Shown: positions 40,065 through 50,525, numbered from the whole stretch's first letter. The stretch: 63,762 nt of DNA, filler included, from an uncultured Synergistales bacterium (GCA_937897575.1; 10 parts of 10 records of this genome joined end to end with filler, not necessarily neighbours in it); one strand, 5' to 3'. The notes: generated from the letters alone by a model not told the origin. Program-made: numbers and translations.

Positions 40065-40748
40065 ATGCGGATGGAGTCGGTTGTGGTGAGAAAGGACGGG
40101 ACCTCCCACAGGGTCGCCCTGTCGTGGGATGCCTGCGTTGCGGCGGGCTACACGGGGCGGGATCAGAAGAGCGTCCTGGCCCACGTGGAGGAGCTTCGGC
40201 GCATCGGCGTCCCGGCACCGAGCCAGGTGCCGTCGATGTACTGGATAGAGCCCGAGCGGGTCGCCCCTGCCCGGATGCTCTGGGTTGTGGGCGAGGGGAC
40301 CTCGGGCGAGGCGGAGGTCTTCCTCGCGCGGTGCAAAGAGAACGGCCTGTTCGTCACGGTGGCCAGCGACCATACGGACAGGGCGCTCGAGACGGTGTCC
40401 GTGGCCAAGGCCAAGCAGATCAGCTCGAAGGTCGTGGGGTCCATGTTCTGGTCGGTGTCCGAAATCCGGGACCACTGGGACGCCATCGAGCTGCGCATGT
40501 GGGTGGACGGCACCCTCTATCAGGAGGGGACCCTGGGCAAGATGCTCCCCCCCGAAAAGCTCTTCGAGCTGGCCCGCGCCGACTCGCCCGTGCCGGCCGG
40601 CCGCATCGCCCTCTTCAGCGGGACGCTGCCGATCCTGGCCGAGGGCTTCATCTACGGGACGGAGCACGTGCTCTCCCTGAAGGACCCCGTCCTGAACCGG
40701 GAAATTCGACACGAGTACACCGTCCGGATCCTTCCGGACCGGAACTGA
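40065..40748 (+). CDS. DUF2848 family protein
   Basis: AGYTGRDQ..HVEEL..GVPAP, TSGEAE, SDHTDRALE..AKQ. Confidence 0.85.
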   Translation: MRMESVVVRKDGTSHRVALSWDACVAAGYTGRDQKSVLAHVEELRRIGVPAPSQVPSMYWIEPERVAPARMLWVVGEGTSGEAEVFLARCKENGLFVTVASDHTDRALETVSVAKAKQISSKVVGSMFWSVSEIRDHWDAIELRMWVDGTLYQEGTLGKMLPPEKLFELARADSPVPAGRIALFSGTLPILAEGFIYGTEHVLSLKDPVLNREIRHEYTVRILPDRN

Positions 40749-40758
40749 GGTGATCGGA

Positions 40759-41559
40759 ATGAAGATGCGGGTTGCCGTCCTCCAGCTGGACATCGCCCTG
40801 GGGGACAAGAAGAAGAACTACGAGAACATCGAGCGGTGGATGGCCGCAACCCATACGCCGTCGGACCTCCCCACGGCCGTTGTGCTGCCTGAGCTCTGGA
40901 ACACGGGCTATGCCCTCTCGCGGGCGAAGGAGCTGGCGGACCCCGAAGGGCACGACGCGCAGGCCTTCCTCGGCGGCCTCGCCAAGAAGTACGGCGTCTG
41001 GTTCGTCGGCGGCACGGTCCTCGTCTCCACAGGGTCCGGCTTCGCGAACCGCGCCCAGGTGATCGACCCGAAGGGGAACCTCGTGGGGCACTACGACAAG
41101 GTGCACCTGATCCGCCTCATGGAGGAGGAGAAGTACTTCACCGCCGGACGACAGGACCTTCGCTTCGATCTCGAGGGCGTACAGGCCGGCGTGGTCATCT
41201 GCTACGATATCCGGTTCTGCGAGTGGCTCAGGAGCTACGCGCTCCAGGGCACGGAGGTCCTCTTCGTGAGCGCCCAGTGGCCCACGGCCCGGGCGGACCA
41301 CTGGCGAGCCCTGCTCATGGCCAGGGCCATCGAGAATCAGATGTACGTCGTGGCCTGCAACCGGTGCGGCACATCGGGGGATACCCACTTCGGCGGAGGG
41401 TCCATGGTCCTCGGGCCGAAGGGCGAGGTGCTGTTCGAGGGCGGCAACGGCGAAGAGGCCGGCTACGTCGTCATCGACACCGATGAAGTGACCAGGACCA
41501 GGCAGTTTCTCACCGTCTTCAAGGACAGAGTCCCTGAAGTCTATAAAAAACTCGTGTAA
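40759..41559 (+). CDS. Carbon-nitrogen hydrolase (omega-amidase/MtnU-like)
   Basis: Glu-Lys-Cys triad LPELW, YDKVHL, ICYDIRF; ARAIENQ. Confidence 0.92.
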   Translation: MKMRVAVLQLDIALGDKKKNYENIERWMAATHTPSDLPTAVVLPELWNTGYALSRAKELADPEGHDAQAFLGGLAKKYGVWFVGGTVLVSTGSGFANRAQVIDPKGNLVGHYDKVHLIRLMEEEKYFTAGRQDLRFDLEGVQAGVVICYDIRFCEWLRSYALQGTEVLFVSAQWPTARADHWRALLMARAIENQMYVVACNRCGTSGDTHFGGGSMVLGPKGEVLFEGGNGEEAGYVVIDTDEVTRTRQFLTVFKDRVPEVYKKLV

Positions 41560-41574
41560 GCAGGAGGGAAGATA

Positions 41575-42561
41575 ATGAAGAAGAGTACGTGGATCCTTTC
41601 GATCGTGGCTGTCTGCGCAGTATTTCTGGCCGGGGCTGCTTTTGCGGCGCCCATAAACATCAAGTTCGGCCACTCGGGAAGCCTGGAGCACCAGTACCAC
41701 ATCGGGGCCGAGCACTTCAAGAAGCTCGTGGAGGAGAAGTCCGGCGGCGAGCTTCAGGTCACCATATTCCCCCAGGGGCAGCTCGGCGGCGAGCGCGACC
41801 TGGCTGAGGGCGTCCGGATGGGCACCATCGAGATCGGCAGCGCCAGCCCCGGCAACATGTCCGGCTTCGCGCCCGAGCTCGAGCTCTTCGGCGTACCCTT
41901 CCTGTTCCAGACGAAAAAGCAGGTCTACACGGCTTTGGACGGTGAAGTGGGCGAGTACTTCAACAAGCTCCTCCTCGACAAGGGGTTCGTGAACTTCGCT
42001 TTCTGGGAGGTCGGCTTCCGAAATATGTCGAACAACCTTCGTCCCGTCAAGACCCCCGACGACATGAAGGGGCTCAAGATCCGGGTTCAGGAGTCCAAGA
42101 TCAAGGTGGAGCTCATGAAGAGCCTCGGCGCCATCCCCACGCCCATCCCCTTCGGCGAGCTCTATTCGGCGCTGCAGCAGAAGGTGGTGGACGGCCAGGA
42201 GAACCCCATCGCCACCATCTACTCCATGAAGTTCTACGAGGTCCAGAAGTACGTCTCCCTGACGGGGCACACCTACGAGCCAGCCCTGGTCTTCGCCAAC
42301 CCGAAATGGTTCAACGCCCTCTCCCCCGAACATCAGAAGATCCTGAGAGAGGCCGGCCAGGAGACCGCCGTCTACCAGAGAGCCAGACTGGCCGAGCTGG
42401 ATGCGGAACGGCTTGACATCATGAGGAAGGCCGGGGTCGAGGTCGAGGAGCATCCGGACATCAAAGCCTTTGCCGAAGCCACGAAGGACCTCTATAAGGT
42501 TCTCGGCGATGCGATTCCCATGGATATCATGGAGAAGGTGAAGAACATCCCCCTGGAATAG
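41575..42561 (+). CDS. dctP: TRAP transporter substrate-binding protein DctP
   Basis: Signal peptide; QLGGE, GFR, GLKIRV, ELYSALQQKVVDGQEN. Confidence 0.95.
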   Translation: MKKSTWILSIVAVCAVFLAGAAFAAPINIKFGHSGSLEHQYHIGAEHFKKLVEEKSGGELQVTIFPQGQLGGERDLAEGVRMGTIEIGSASPGNMSGFAPELELFGVPFLFQTKKQVYTALDGEVGEYFNKLLLDKGFVNFAFWEVGFRNMSNNLRPVKTPDDMKGLKIRVQESKIKVELMKSLGAIPTPIPFGELYSALQQKVVDGQENPIATIYSMKFYEVQKYVSLTGHTYEPALVFANPKWFNALSPEHQKILREAGQETAVYQRARLAELDAERLDIMRKAGVEVEEHPDIKAFAEATKDLYKVLGDAIPMDIMEKVKNIPLE

Positions 42562-42576
42562 GAACGCGCGGAATAC

Positions 42577-42605
42577 AAGCCGGGCCGCTTCGCCGGCCCG
42601 GCTTT
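42577..42605 (+). terminator. Hairpin after dctP (stabiliser or partial terminator)
   Basis: 11-bp stem AAGCCGGGCCG/CGGCCCGGCTT. Confidence 0.55.
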
Positions 42606-42631
42606 CTCAGCACGAGAGAGGAGCGGGTACC

Positions 42632-43114
42632 GTGAAAACAGTACAGAAAATCTTCGCCCTTCTGGCGGGGACCTGTGTGGCGGGAGTCTTCGTCATCACT
42701 TTCGCCCAAGTGATCCAGCGCTATGTGTTCCAGCTCTCCATGCCGTGGGCGAACGACGTCATCCAGATCCTGTTCACCTATTCGGTCTTCCTCGGCATGG
42801 CCGTAGGGGTTTTCAACAAGTCCCACCTGAACGTGGACGTCCTGATCCAGGCCTTTCCGGAGAAGACGAAGCCGTGGTTTGCCCTGTTCAGCAACATCGT
42901 GATCCTCGTTTTCCTGAGCGCCGTCCTTTTTTATTCCATCCGGTTTGTGACGGACAATATGGATCAGTACATGACCTACGTGCAGGTGCCCATGAGCCTG
43001 ACCTATGCGGCTATCCCCGCCACCGTGTGCTTCATGCTCGTCTCCGTCGTCCTGGACCTGCTTCGGCAGTTGCGGGGATTCGCGGGCGGCGGAACGCCCC
43101 AGGAAGGTCGGTGA
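42632..43114 (+). CDS. dctQ: TRAP small permease DctQ
   Basis: Four TM segments; QVIQRY, HLNVD. Confidence 0.9.
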   Translation: MKTVQKIFALLAGTCVAGVFVITFAQVIQRYVFQLSMPWANDVIQILFTYSVFLGMAVGVFNKSHLNVDVLIQAFPEKTKPWFALFSNIVILVFLSAVLFYSIRFVTDNMDQYMTYVQVPMSLTYAAIPATVCFMLVSVVLDLLRQLRGFAGGGTPQEGR

Positions 43115-43121
43115 TTCGGCG

Positions 43122-44393
43122 ATGCTGTGGATCGTAGCTCTTTTCGGCGTCTTCCTGTTGGGGGTCCCCATCGCCTTCGGCCTGGGCATCATCAGCCTCG
43201 TTGGGCTTGTGGGGACGCAGCTTCCCCTTCAGGTCGTCGTCCAGCAGATGTACGGCGGGGTGAGCAACTTCGCCTTCATCGCCATCCCCCTCTTCATCCT
43301 GGCGGGCAACCTCATGGCCGTCGGGGGGATCTCCCGGCGGATCACCGATTTCTCCGAAGCCCTCGTCGGACACTGGCCGGGCGGACTGGGCATGGTGGTC
43401 ATCGTGTCCTCCATGATCTTCGCCGCGGTGACCGGCTCGGCCATAGCGGCGGCGGCGGCCATAGGCGCCCTCCTCATCCAGCCCATGCTCGACAAGGGGT
43501 ATTCGAAGAACTACGCAGCCGCGCTGGTTGCCACGTCGGGGTCCATAGGCCCCATCATCCCTCCGAGCATCCCGTTGGTGGTCTACGGCGTCATCGTGGG
43601 GAGCTCCATTGCGAAGCTCTTCATGGGCGGAGTCATTCCAGGGCTTCTGATGGGCCTTTCCCTGATGATCGCGAACTGGATGATCAGCAAAAAACGTGGG
43701 TATATAGGGCGCCCCGTTAAGGCCTCCTTCAAGGAGGTCCGGCAGGGTTTCATGGATGCGATCCTTGCCCTGCTGATGCCGCTTATCATCGTCGGCGGCA
43801 TCATCCTTGGGATCTTCACCCCGACGGAGTCCGCCGCCATCGCGGTAGCCTATGCGCTCCTCCTGGGAGGCATCGTGTACCGCGAACTGACGTGGAAATC
43901 CATCAAGAGCGCATTCATCGACGCAGCCATCACCACCGGCGTCATCCTGACGGTGCTGATGACGGCACGGCTCTTCATCTGGTTCATGACCGTCAAGATG
44001 ATCCCCCAGACCGTGGCCCAGGCGCTGCTCCAGGTCGTGCACTCCCAGTGGGGGGCCCTCATGGTGGTGAACATCATCCTGCTCATCGCGGGGACCTTCA
44101 TTGACACCACGAGCGCCATCACCATCTTCGTGCCCCTCTTCCTGCCCCTGGTGAAGGCCTTCAACATCGACCTGATTCATTTCGGCCTCGTGGTCGCGGT
44201 GAACCTCACCATCGGCATGTGCACTCCTCCGTTGGGAGTCTGTCTCTTCGTCACCTGCGGCATCGCCAACACGACCCTCCGGGAGATGTTCTACGATCTC
44301 GTGCTGCTTCTCATCCCCCTGCTGGTCGTCCTGTTCATGATCACGTACATCCCGGGGCTGGTGACGTGGGTGCCCAACTACCTCGGCTTGTGA
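43122..44393 (+). CDS. dctM: TRAP large permease DctM
   Basis: AIPLFILAG, GSAIA, IIPPSI, FTPTES, TPPLG. Confidence 0.95.
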   Translation: MLWIVALFGVFLLGVPIAFGLGIISLVGLVGTQLPLQVVVQQMYGGVSNFAFIAIPLFILAGNLMAVGGISRRITDFSEALVGHWPGGLGMVVIVSSMIFAAVTGSAIAAAAAIGALLIQPMLDKGYSKNYAAALVATSGSIGPIIPPSIPLVVYGVIVGSSIAKLFMGGVIPGLLMGLSLMIANWMISKKRGYIGRPVKASFKEVRQGFMDAILALLMPLIIVGGIILGIFTPTESAAIAVAYALLLGGIVYRELTWKSIKSAFIDAAITTGVILTVLMTARLFIWFMTVKMIPQTVAQALLQVVHSQWGALMVVNIILLIAGTFIDTTSAITIFVPLFLPLVKAFNIDLIHFGLVVAVNLTIGMCTPPLGVCLFVTCGIANTTLREMFYDLVLLLIPLLVVLFMITYIPGLVTWVPNYLGL

Positions 44394-44424
44394 GGAAAAA
44401 TATCAGCAAAGGAGCGATTGCACC

Positions 44425-44805
44425 ATGGCGAAACAGACCATCGAGTTCAGCGACACCCTCCTGATGGGGGAGTGGCGGCAGGTCAAGGGGGCTCCCGTGG
44501 GCATCTCCGAGAAGATCCTGTCCCGCGACCCCGAGACGGGCAACCTGACGCGCCTCGTCCGGTTCGCGCCGGGCGTCCAGATCCCGGCGGTGCAGATCCA
44601 CGACTTCTGCGAGGAGGTCTACATCCTCGAGGGGTACATGATCGACACGGGGAAGAAGCTGACCGCCCCGGCGGGGTATTACGCCTGCCGCCCCGTGGGC
44701 ATGGTGCACGGGCCCTACGACATCCCCGTGACGTGCCTGTGCTTCGAGAGCCGCTATCAGGACCCGGAGAAACCGAAGGACCCGAACTGCTCTCTGCTGA
44801 AATAG
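44425..44805 (+). CDS. Cupin-domain protein (ChrR-like)
   Basis: TRLVRFAPG..HDFCEEVYILEG..RPVGMVHGP. Confidence 0.8.
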   Translation: MAKQTIEFSDTLLMGEWRQVKGAPVGISEKILSRDPETGNLTRLVRFAPGVQIPAVQIHDFCEEVYILEGYMIDTGKKLTAPAGYYACRPVGMVHGPYDIPVTCLCFESRYQDPEKPKDPNCSLLK

Positions 44806-44970
44806 GCGAAGCCTCGCGGCGTCGTGTCGCCGCTCCGTTCCGGGGGCGTCGGCGCGATCAGGAACCGAATCGGGGGCCCGGCGTACAATGCCGGGCCCCC
44901 GGTGTCCTTCTCCTCCCCCTGCGGGGTATAATGGTCGTCATGGCTTCCAGCGAGAGGAGGAGACCGCCAA

Positions 44971-46515
44971 GTGGCACGGAAACGATATGTCCACGAGCTT
45001 GAACTGCGCCCCTTTGCGCCCGGTGACTACGACGATCTTCGCCGGGTCATGAACGCCGCCTACCCGAAGATGGGCGGGGCGTGGACCAGAGCCCAGTACG
45101 ATGCCATGCTCGCCCGTTTCCCCGAAGGGCAGCTCTGCGTCGAGGACAAGGGCAGGGTCGTGGCGGGGGCTCTGTCCCTGATCATCGACTACTCCCGCTA
45201 CGGTGACCGGCACACCTACAAGGACATCGTGGGGGACGGCGATCTGAAGAACCACGACCCCGACGGGGACTACCTCTACGGCATCGATATCTTCGTCGCC
45301 CCGGAGTACCGTGAGAAGCGCCTGGGCCGTCGGCTCTACGACGCCCGGAAGGAGCTGTGCGAGCGGCTGAACCTGAAGGGCATCATCATCGGCGGCCGCA
45401 TCCCGGGCTATGACAGCTGGGCCGACAAAAAGTCGCCCCAGCAGTACATCCGGATGGTGAGCAGCCGGGAGATCACCGACCCCGTGCTCACCTTCCAGAT
45501 GAGCAACGACTTCCACTACAAGAGGCTCGTGGAGGACTACTGGCCCGAGGACTACAGCTCCAGGGGGCACGGCGTGGTGCTCGAGTGGAACAACATCTAC
45601 TATGAGGAGAAACGGCGCCTCATCTCCAAGGTGAAGAGCTCCATGCGCCTCGGCGTGGTGCAGTGGCAGATGCGGAGCTTCGACTCCTTCGAGGACTTCC
45701 TCCAGCAGGTGGAGTTCTTCGTGGACACCCAGGCGGGGTACAACGCGGACCTCATGCTCTTTCCCGAGCTCTTCAACGCCCCCCTCCTCGCCCGGTACGA
45801 CCAGGAGGACCCCGGCGAGGCCATGCGCTCCCTCGCGGGGTACACGGCGGACCTGCGGAACAACCTCGTGGAGATGGCCGTGTCGTACAACATCAACATC
45901 GTCTCGGGAAGCGTCCCCGAGATGCGGAACAACAAGCTCTACAACGTGTCCTTCCTCTGCCGGAGGGACGGAACCTGGGACAGACAGTACAAGCTGCACA
46001 TCACGCCCGACGAGCACCGTTACTGGGGGCTTCAGGGCGGACAGGAGCTCCAGGTGTTCCAGACGGATGTGGGCAAGGTCGGCATCCTCATCTGCTACGA
46101 CGTGGAGTTCCCGGAGCTCTCCCGCTACCTCGCCATCAAGGGCATGGACATCCTCCTGGTGCCCTTCTGGACGGACACCAAGAACGCCTACCTCAGGGTC
46201 CGCCGATGCGCCCAGGCGCGGGCCATAGAGAACGAATGCTACGTGGCCATCGCCGGGAGCGTGGGCAACATCCCCAAGGTGGAGAACATGGACATCCAGT
46301 ACGCCCAGTCGGCCATCTTCACGCCGTCGGACTTCGCCTTCCCTCACGACGCCGTCACGGCGGAGGCCACCCCCAACACGGAGATGGCCCTCGTGGCGGA
46401 CCTGGATCTGGAGCTTCTGAAGGAGCTGCGCCTCCAGGGAAGCGTCCGGAACCTCCATAGCCGCAGGACGGACCTGTACTGGATCGACTGGCTCAAGGAG
46501 GAGGGTGCGCGGTAA
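44971..46515 (+). CDS. GNAT / carbon-nitrogen hydrolase fusion protein
   Basis: N-part RFPEGQ, YREKRLGRRLY, GGRIPGY; C-part FPE, QYKLH, ICYDVEFPE. Confidence 0.92.
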   Translation: MARKRYVHELELRPFAPGDYDDLRRVMNAAYPKMGGAWTRAQYDAMLARFPEGQLCVEDKGRVVAGALSLIIDYSRYGDRHTYKDIVGDGDLKNHDPDGDYLYGIDIFVAPEYREKRLGRRLYDARKELCERLNLKGIIIGGRIPGYDSWADKKSPQQYIRMVSSREITDPVLTFQMSNDFHYKRLVEDYWPEDYSSRGHGVVLEWNNIYYEEKRRLISKVKSSMRLGVVQWQMRSFDSFEDFLQQVEFFVDTQAGYNADLMLFPELFNAPLLARYDQEDPGEAMRSLAGYTADLRNNLVEMAVSYNINIVSGSVPEMRNNKLYNVSFLCRRDGTWDRQYKLHITPDEHRYWGLQGGQELQVFQTDVGKVGILICYDVEFPELSRYLAIKGMDILLVPFWTDTKNAYLRVRRCAQARAIENECYVAIAGSVGNIPKVENMDIQYAQSAIFTPSDFAFPHDAVTAEATPNTEMALVADLDLELLKELRLQGSVRNLHSRRTDLYWIDWLKEEGAR

Positions 46516-46583
46516 AGGCCCCCTGCACCGGGACGGATGGGAGTCGGAGGACGGGGAGGTCTCGCGCCCTGCCACAGAGACAA

Positions 46584-46614
46584 ACAAGCCCACCGATGAA
46601 ACCGGTGGGTTTGT
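46584..46614. terminator. Hairpin between convergent genes
   Basis: ACAAGCCCACCG-7-CGGTGGGTTTGT. Confidence 0.55.
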
Positions 46615-46650
46615 GCGTATCTTCTATTCTGTCGGGGAGCGCCGCCCCGT

Positions 46651-47541
46651 TCAGGCCTCCACGCCGAGCCAGCGCTTGGCGGCCCATCCGATGAGGAAGG
46701 AGATGAGGGCCACGCCGAAGCTGATGGCGATCATGCCGAAGAAGGCCGGCCTGAAGGGCTTCTTGTGGACCACGGAGACGAAGAACGTGAAGACGAAGAT
46801 GATGGTCGCAGCGCCCACGAGGCAGAAGAAGAGGGCCGTCAGAGGGCTCCGGACGACGAAGTAGGGGAGGAGCAGAACGACCACGGTGATCAGGTAGGCG
46901 ATGCCCGTATAGACGGAGGCCTTCAGGGGGTGGTTCTCGCCGCCCTCCGCCTTGTTGGACAGGTACTCCGAGGCGGCCATGGAGAGGGTGGCGGCGATGC
47001 CCGTGATGAGCCCCGCGAGGCCGACGGTCCGGGTGTCCCCCAGGGCCAGGGTGAAGCCGGCCAGAGCGCCGGTGAGCTCCACGAGGGCGTCGTTGAGCCC
47101 CAGGACCATGGAGCCGATGTACCGGAGGCGCTCCTCGTCGATCATGGCGATGAGGCGCGCCTCGTGCTCCTCCTCCTGCTCCTGGATCCATTGGGCTTCG
47201 GGGATGCGCCCCTTGAGCTCCTCGTAGACATGCTGGGTCTGCTTCTCGGCCCCTTCGAGGAGGTTGACCACGAAGGTCAGGCCGAAAAGGGCGCCCAGAA
47301 GCAGGAAGAACCAGACCTTGAAGCGGTTGGGCTCCACGGTCCGGTTCGTGTATTTGCTCCAGATGCGTGCGTGCTTCTCCTCCTCGGCGGCGATTCGGGC
47401 GAGCACCCTGCCGTTTTCGCCCGGCGTGCGCGCCCCCAATCGGGCGTAGATGACCGCATCGGTGGACTCATTCCTCTGCATGTCGCGGAGGATCTTGAGG
47501 GTCTCCTCGGGCAGTTCGGCCGTCCGTGGCGGTACCGTCAC
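46651..47541 (-). CDS. Rubrerythrin-like domain plus VIT1/CCC1 metal transporter
   Basis: EEEKH and EEEH ExxH motifs; VLGLNDALVE, SMAASEYLS. Confidence 0.88.
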   Translation of the reverse strand: MTVPPRTAELPEETLKILRDMQRNESTDAVIYARLGARTPGENGRVLARIAAEEEKHARIWSKYTNRTVEPNRFKVWFFLLLGALFGLTFVVNLLEGAEKQTQHVYEELKGRIPEAQWIQEQEEEHEARLIAMIDEERLRYIGSMVLGLNDALVELTGALAGFTLALGDTRTVGLAGLITGIAATLSMAASEYLSNKAEGGENHPLKASVYTGIAYLITVVVLLLPYFVVRSPLTALFFCLVGAATIIFVFTFFVSVVHKKPFRPAFFGMIAISFGVALISFLIGWAAKRWLGVEA

Positions 47542-47548
47542 GGCATCC

Positions 47549-49447
47549 TCACTCCGTCCCGGACCGGCTGCCGAGGTGCTCGGCGAAGAACCGCTCCATG
47601 GCGCGGTAGAAGTCGAAGCGGTTCTCCTCGTTGTGGAAGCCGTGCCCCTCGTTCTCCTTCACCATGTACTCCACGTCGATGCCCCGTTTTCTGAGGGCCT
47701 CCACGATCTGGTCGGACTCGGCCTTCTTCACCCTCGGGTCGTTGGCCCCCTGCGCAACGAACAGCGGGGCCCGTATCTTGTCTGCATGGAAGACGGGAGA
47801 GACGGCGCGGAGCAGCTCTTTGTCCTTGACGGGGTCGCCGATCTGCTCGTACATCATCTGGCGCCCCAGCTCCCAGTAGGGGGGCAGGGTCTCGAGAAGA
47901 GTGAAGATGTTCGAGACGCCCACGTAGTCCACCCCGCAGGCGTAGAGGTCGGGGGTGAAGGCCAGGCCGGCCAGCACGGCGTACCCGCCGTAGGAGGCGC
48001 CGTAGATGCCGATCCGCTTCGGGTCGGCGATGCCCTGGTCGATGAGCCACTGAACGCCGTCGGTGATGTCGTCCTGCATGGCCCGTCCCCACTGCTTGAA
48101 GCCCGCCTCCCAGAAGGCCCGGCCGTACCCAGTGGAGCTGCGGAAGTTCATCTGCAGGACGGCGAGCCCGCGGTTGGCCAAGAACTGGACCTCCGGGTTG
48201 TACCCCCAGGAGTCCCTTCCCCAGGGGCCGCCGTGGGGGTTGATCACCACGGGCAGATTTTTCGCCTCGCGCACGCCCGGCGGCAGGGTGAGGTACCCGT
48301 GGATCGTCAGACCGTCGCGAGCCTGGTAGGCGACCGGTTTCATGAAGCCCATCTTCTCCGTGGGCAGCCAGGGGGAGAGGGACGCCAGCTTCCGGAACTC
48401 CTTCGACCCGAGGTCGTAAAAGTAGTAGGCCCCCCGCGTCCGGTCATGGCCGGCCCAGGCGAGGACCTTGTCCTCCTCCTTGTTCATGGAGACCACGGCG
48501 ACCTGAAAACCGGGCAGCCGGGACTCCAGCTCCTTTTGCAGCTCCCCCCGCTCTTCGTCGAAGAAGTGGTAGTGGACCCGATCCGTCTCGTACGCCGTCC
48601 CGGTAACGATCTTTCGCTTCTTCGAGTAGAAGAGGGACTGGACGTCCACGTCGGGGTGTTCGAAGATGAGCTCCTCGTTCTTCGCCGTCGCCGGATCGAA
48701 GAGGAAGATGGCCTGCTTGTCCCGCCCGAGGTTGGACGAGACGTAGAGCTTTTTGTTGTCCGGGGTGAAGTAGAGCGGAATGACGGACTCGCGGAAGTTC
48801 GTCGTCAGGAGCGTCCGGAAGGGCTGGTCCTCCCGGTCGCGGTAGAGCAGAGAGCTGTTCACGCCGTCGGATTTGATGGCCACCCGGAGTTTCCCGTCGT
48901 GGTCCGTCATCCACCCCGCGATGTCCCCCGGGTTCTCCTCGATGAGGGCTAGGGCGCCCGTCACGATGTTCAGGCGGTATACGTCGAAAAGACGAGGGTC
49001 CCGCCGGTTCAGGCCGATCATGATTTCGTCGTCCCGCTCTTCGAGGCGGTCGATGATGGACGCCCGGACGCCGTCGAAGGGCGTGAGCTCCCTCTCTCCC
49101 GTGCCGTCGGCGTTCACCGAGAAGAGGTGGTAGTTCTCGTCGCCCCCCTTGTCCCGGAGGTAGACGAGGCGCCCCTCTCCCGACCAGAAGTAGGCCGGGA
49201 TATCCCGGTCCGTGGACGAGGTGACGCGGACCTCTTCGTCGCTCCCGATCCTCTGCACGAAGATGTTCATCCTGCTCTCCCAGGGCTTCAGGAAGGACAG
49301 GAGGTCGCCCGAGGGCGAGAGCTGGAAGGCGCTCTTCTCCGGGTTCCGGAAGAAGTCCTCCATGGGGATGATGTCGCTGGCTTCGGAGGTCGGCGGCACC
49401 ATCAGCGCGAGGATGACGAGCATCCCCAGTACGTACGATGTCTTCAT
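47549..49447 (-). CDS. Secreted S9-family peptidase
   Basis: Signal peptide; HGGP, GASYGG, GANDPRV, EGHGF. Confidence 0.93.
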   Translation of the reverse strand: MKTSYVLGMLVILALMVPPTSEASDIIPMEDFFRNPEKSAFQLSPSGDLLSFLKPWESRMNIFVQRIGSDEEVRVTSSTDRDIPAYFWSGEGRLVYLRDKGGDENYHLFSVNADGTGERELTPFDGVRASIIDRLEERDDEIMIGLNRRDPRLFDVYRLNIVTGALALIEENPGDIAGWMTDHDGKLRVAIKSDGVNSSLLYRDREDQPFRTLLTTNFRESVIPLYFTPDNKKLYVSSNLGRDKQAIFLFDPATAKNEELIFEHPDVDVQSLFYSKKRKIVTGTAYETDRVHYHFFDEERGELQKELESRLPGFQVAVVSMNKEEDKVLAWAGHDRTRGAYYFYDLGSKEFRKLASLSPWLPTEKMGFMKPVAYQARDGLTIHGYLTLPPGVREAKNLPVVINPHGGPWGRDSWGYNPEVQFLANRGLAVLQMNFRSSTGYGRAFWEAGFKQWGRAMQDDITDGVQWLIDQGIADPKRIGIYGASYGGYAVLAGLAFTPDLYACGVDYVGVSNIFTLLETLPPYWELGRQMMYEQIGDPVKDKELLRAVSPVFHADKIRAPLFVAQGANDPRVKKAESDQIVEALRKRGIDVEYMVKENEGHGFHNEENRFDFYRAMERFFAEHLGSRSGTE

Positions 49448-49450
49448 AGT

Positions 49451-49864
49451 CTATTCCCCCATTATTTTGACGACGACGCGTTTTCTCCGCCGGCCGTCGA
49501 ATTCTGCGTAAAAGCACTGTTCCCAAGGGCCGAGGTCGAGGCGCCCCTCCGTGATCGGGAGGATGGCCTGATGATGGACGAGGATTCGTTTGAGGTGCGC
49601 GTCGCCGTTGTCCTCGCCCGTCCTGTGGTGCTCGTAGGACGGGTCCGCCGGTGCGACCCGCTCGATCCACCCCATGATGTCGCGATGAAGCCCCTGCTCA
49701 TCGTCGTTCACGATGATGCCGGCGGTGATGTGCATGGCCGACACGAGCATCAGCCCCTCCCGAACGCCGCTTTTCCCCAGAATCGCCTCCAGGGACGGGG
49801 TGATCCGGATCAGGTCCCGGCGCTTGTCCGTGTTGAACCAGAGATACTCCGTGTAAGTCGTCAC
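49451..49864 (-). CDS. yjbQ: YjbQ/UPF0047 family protein
   Basis: HITAGI, NGDAHLK, LGPWEQ, EFDG.R. Confidence 0.9.
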   Translation of the reverse strand: MTTYTEYLWFNTDKRRDLIRITPSLEAILGKSGVREGLMLVSAMHITAGIIVNDDEQGLHRDIMGWIERVAPADPSYEHHRTGEDNGDAHLKRILVHHQAILPITEGRLDLGPWEQCFYAEFDGRRRKRVVVKIMGE

Positions 49865-49967
49865 AGTCGTCCCTCCCGGCGAATTTCGCACTTTCGCGTT
49901 CTTTATGCTATACCATAGAAACGGCGATTCTGCACCCGTTCTTTTGCAGAACCCGGGGAGGACGATC

Positions 49968-50489
49968 ATGAACGGACCGGAACGGAGAAGGGCCATCCTT
50001 CGGCTGCTCGCCGAGGAGGACGCCCCGGTGAAGGGCGGAACGCTGGCGGACGCCTTCGAGGTGAGCCGCCAGGCCATCGTGCAGGATGTGGCAATCCTTC
50101 GGGCGGAAGGGGAGCGGGTCATGGCCACGCCCCAGGGGTACGTGCTGCTCGGCCCCAAGGAGACGAGCCTCGTCCGGACGGTGGTCACGCGCCACGGCAC
50201 GGACCGGCAGATGGAGGAGGAGCTGCTCGTCATGGTGCGCTCCGGCGCCACGGTGCTGAAGGTCATCGTGGAGCACCCCCTCTACGGCGAGATCACCGGG
50301 AATCTCATGCTGTCCACGGAGAGCGACGTGGACTATTTCATGGAGAAGGTTCGGACGGAGGGCGGGAAACCTCTCTCCTCCCTGACGGACGGGGTGCACC
50401 TCCACACTCTGGAGCTCCCCGACGAGGCGGCCTGGGAGACGGTCCTCCGCGGATTGAGGGACCTGGGGTACTTGCTGGACGAACGGTAG
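49968..50489 (+). CDS. niaR: Niacin-responsive repressor NiaR (HTH + 3H domain)
   Basis: [38 protein letters not shown]. Confidence 0.9.
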   Translation: MNGPERRRAILRLLAEEDAPVKGGTLADAFEVSRQAIVQDVAILRAEGERVMATPQGYVLLGPKETSLVRTVVTRHGTDRQMEEELLVMVRSGATVLKVIVEHPLYGEITGNLMLSTESDVDYFMEKVRTEGGKPLSSLTDGVHLHTLELPDEAAWETVLRGLRDLGYLLDER

Positions 50490-50525
50490 GAGCGTATACT
50501 TTACATCTGTCATATTCTCTGTAAA
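50472..50525 (+). promoter_or_regulatory. Promoter and candidate NiaR operator upstream of the EIIC-like gene
   Basis: TTGCTG-17-TATACT then TTTACAtcTGTCatattctcTGTAAA. Confidence 0.55.
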
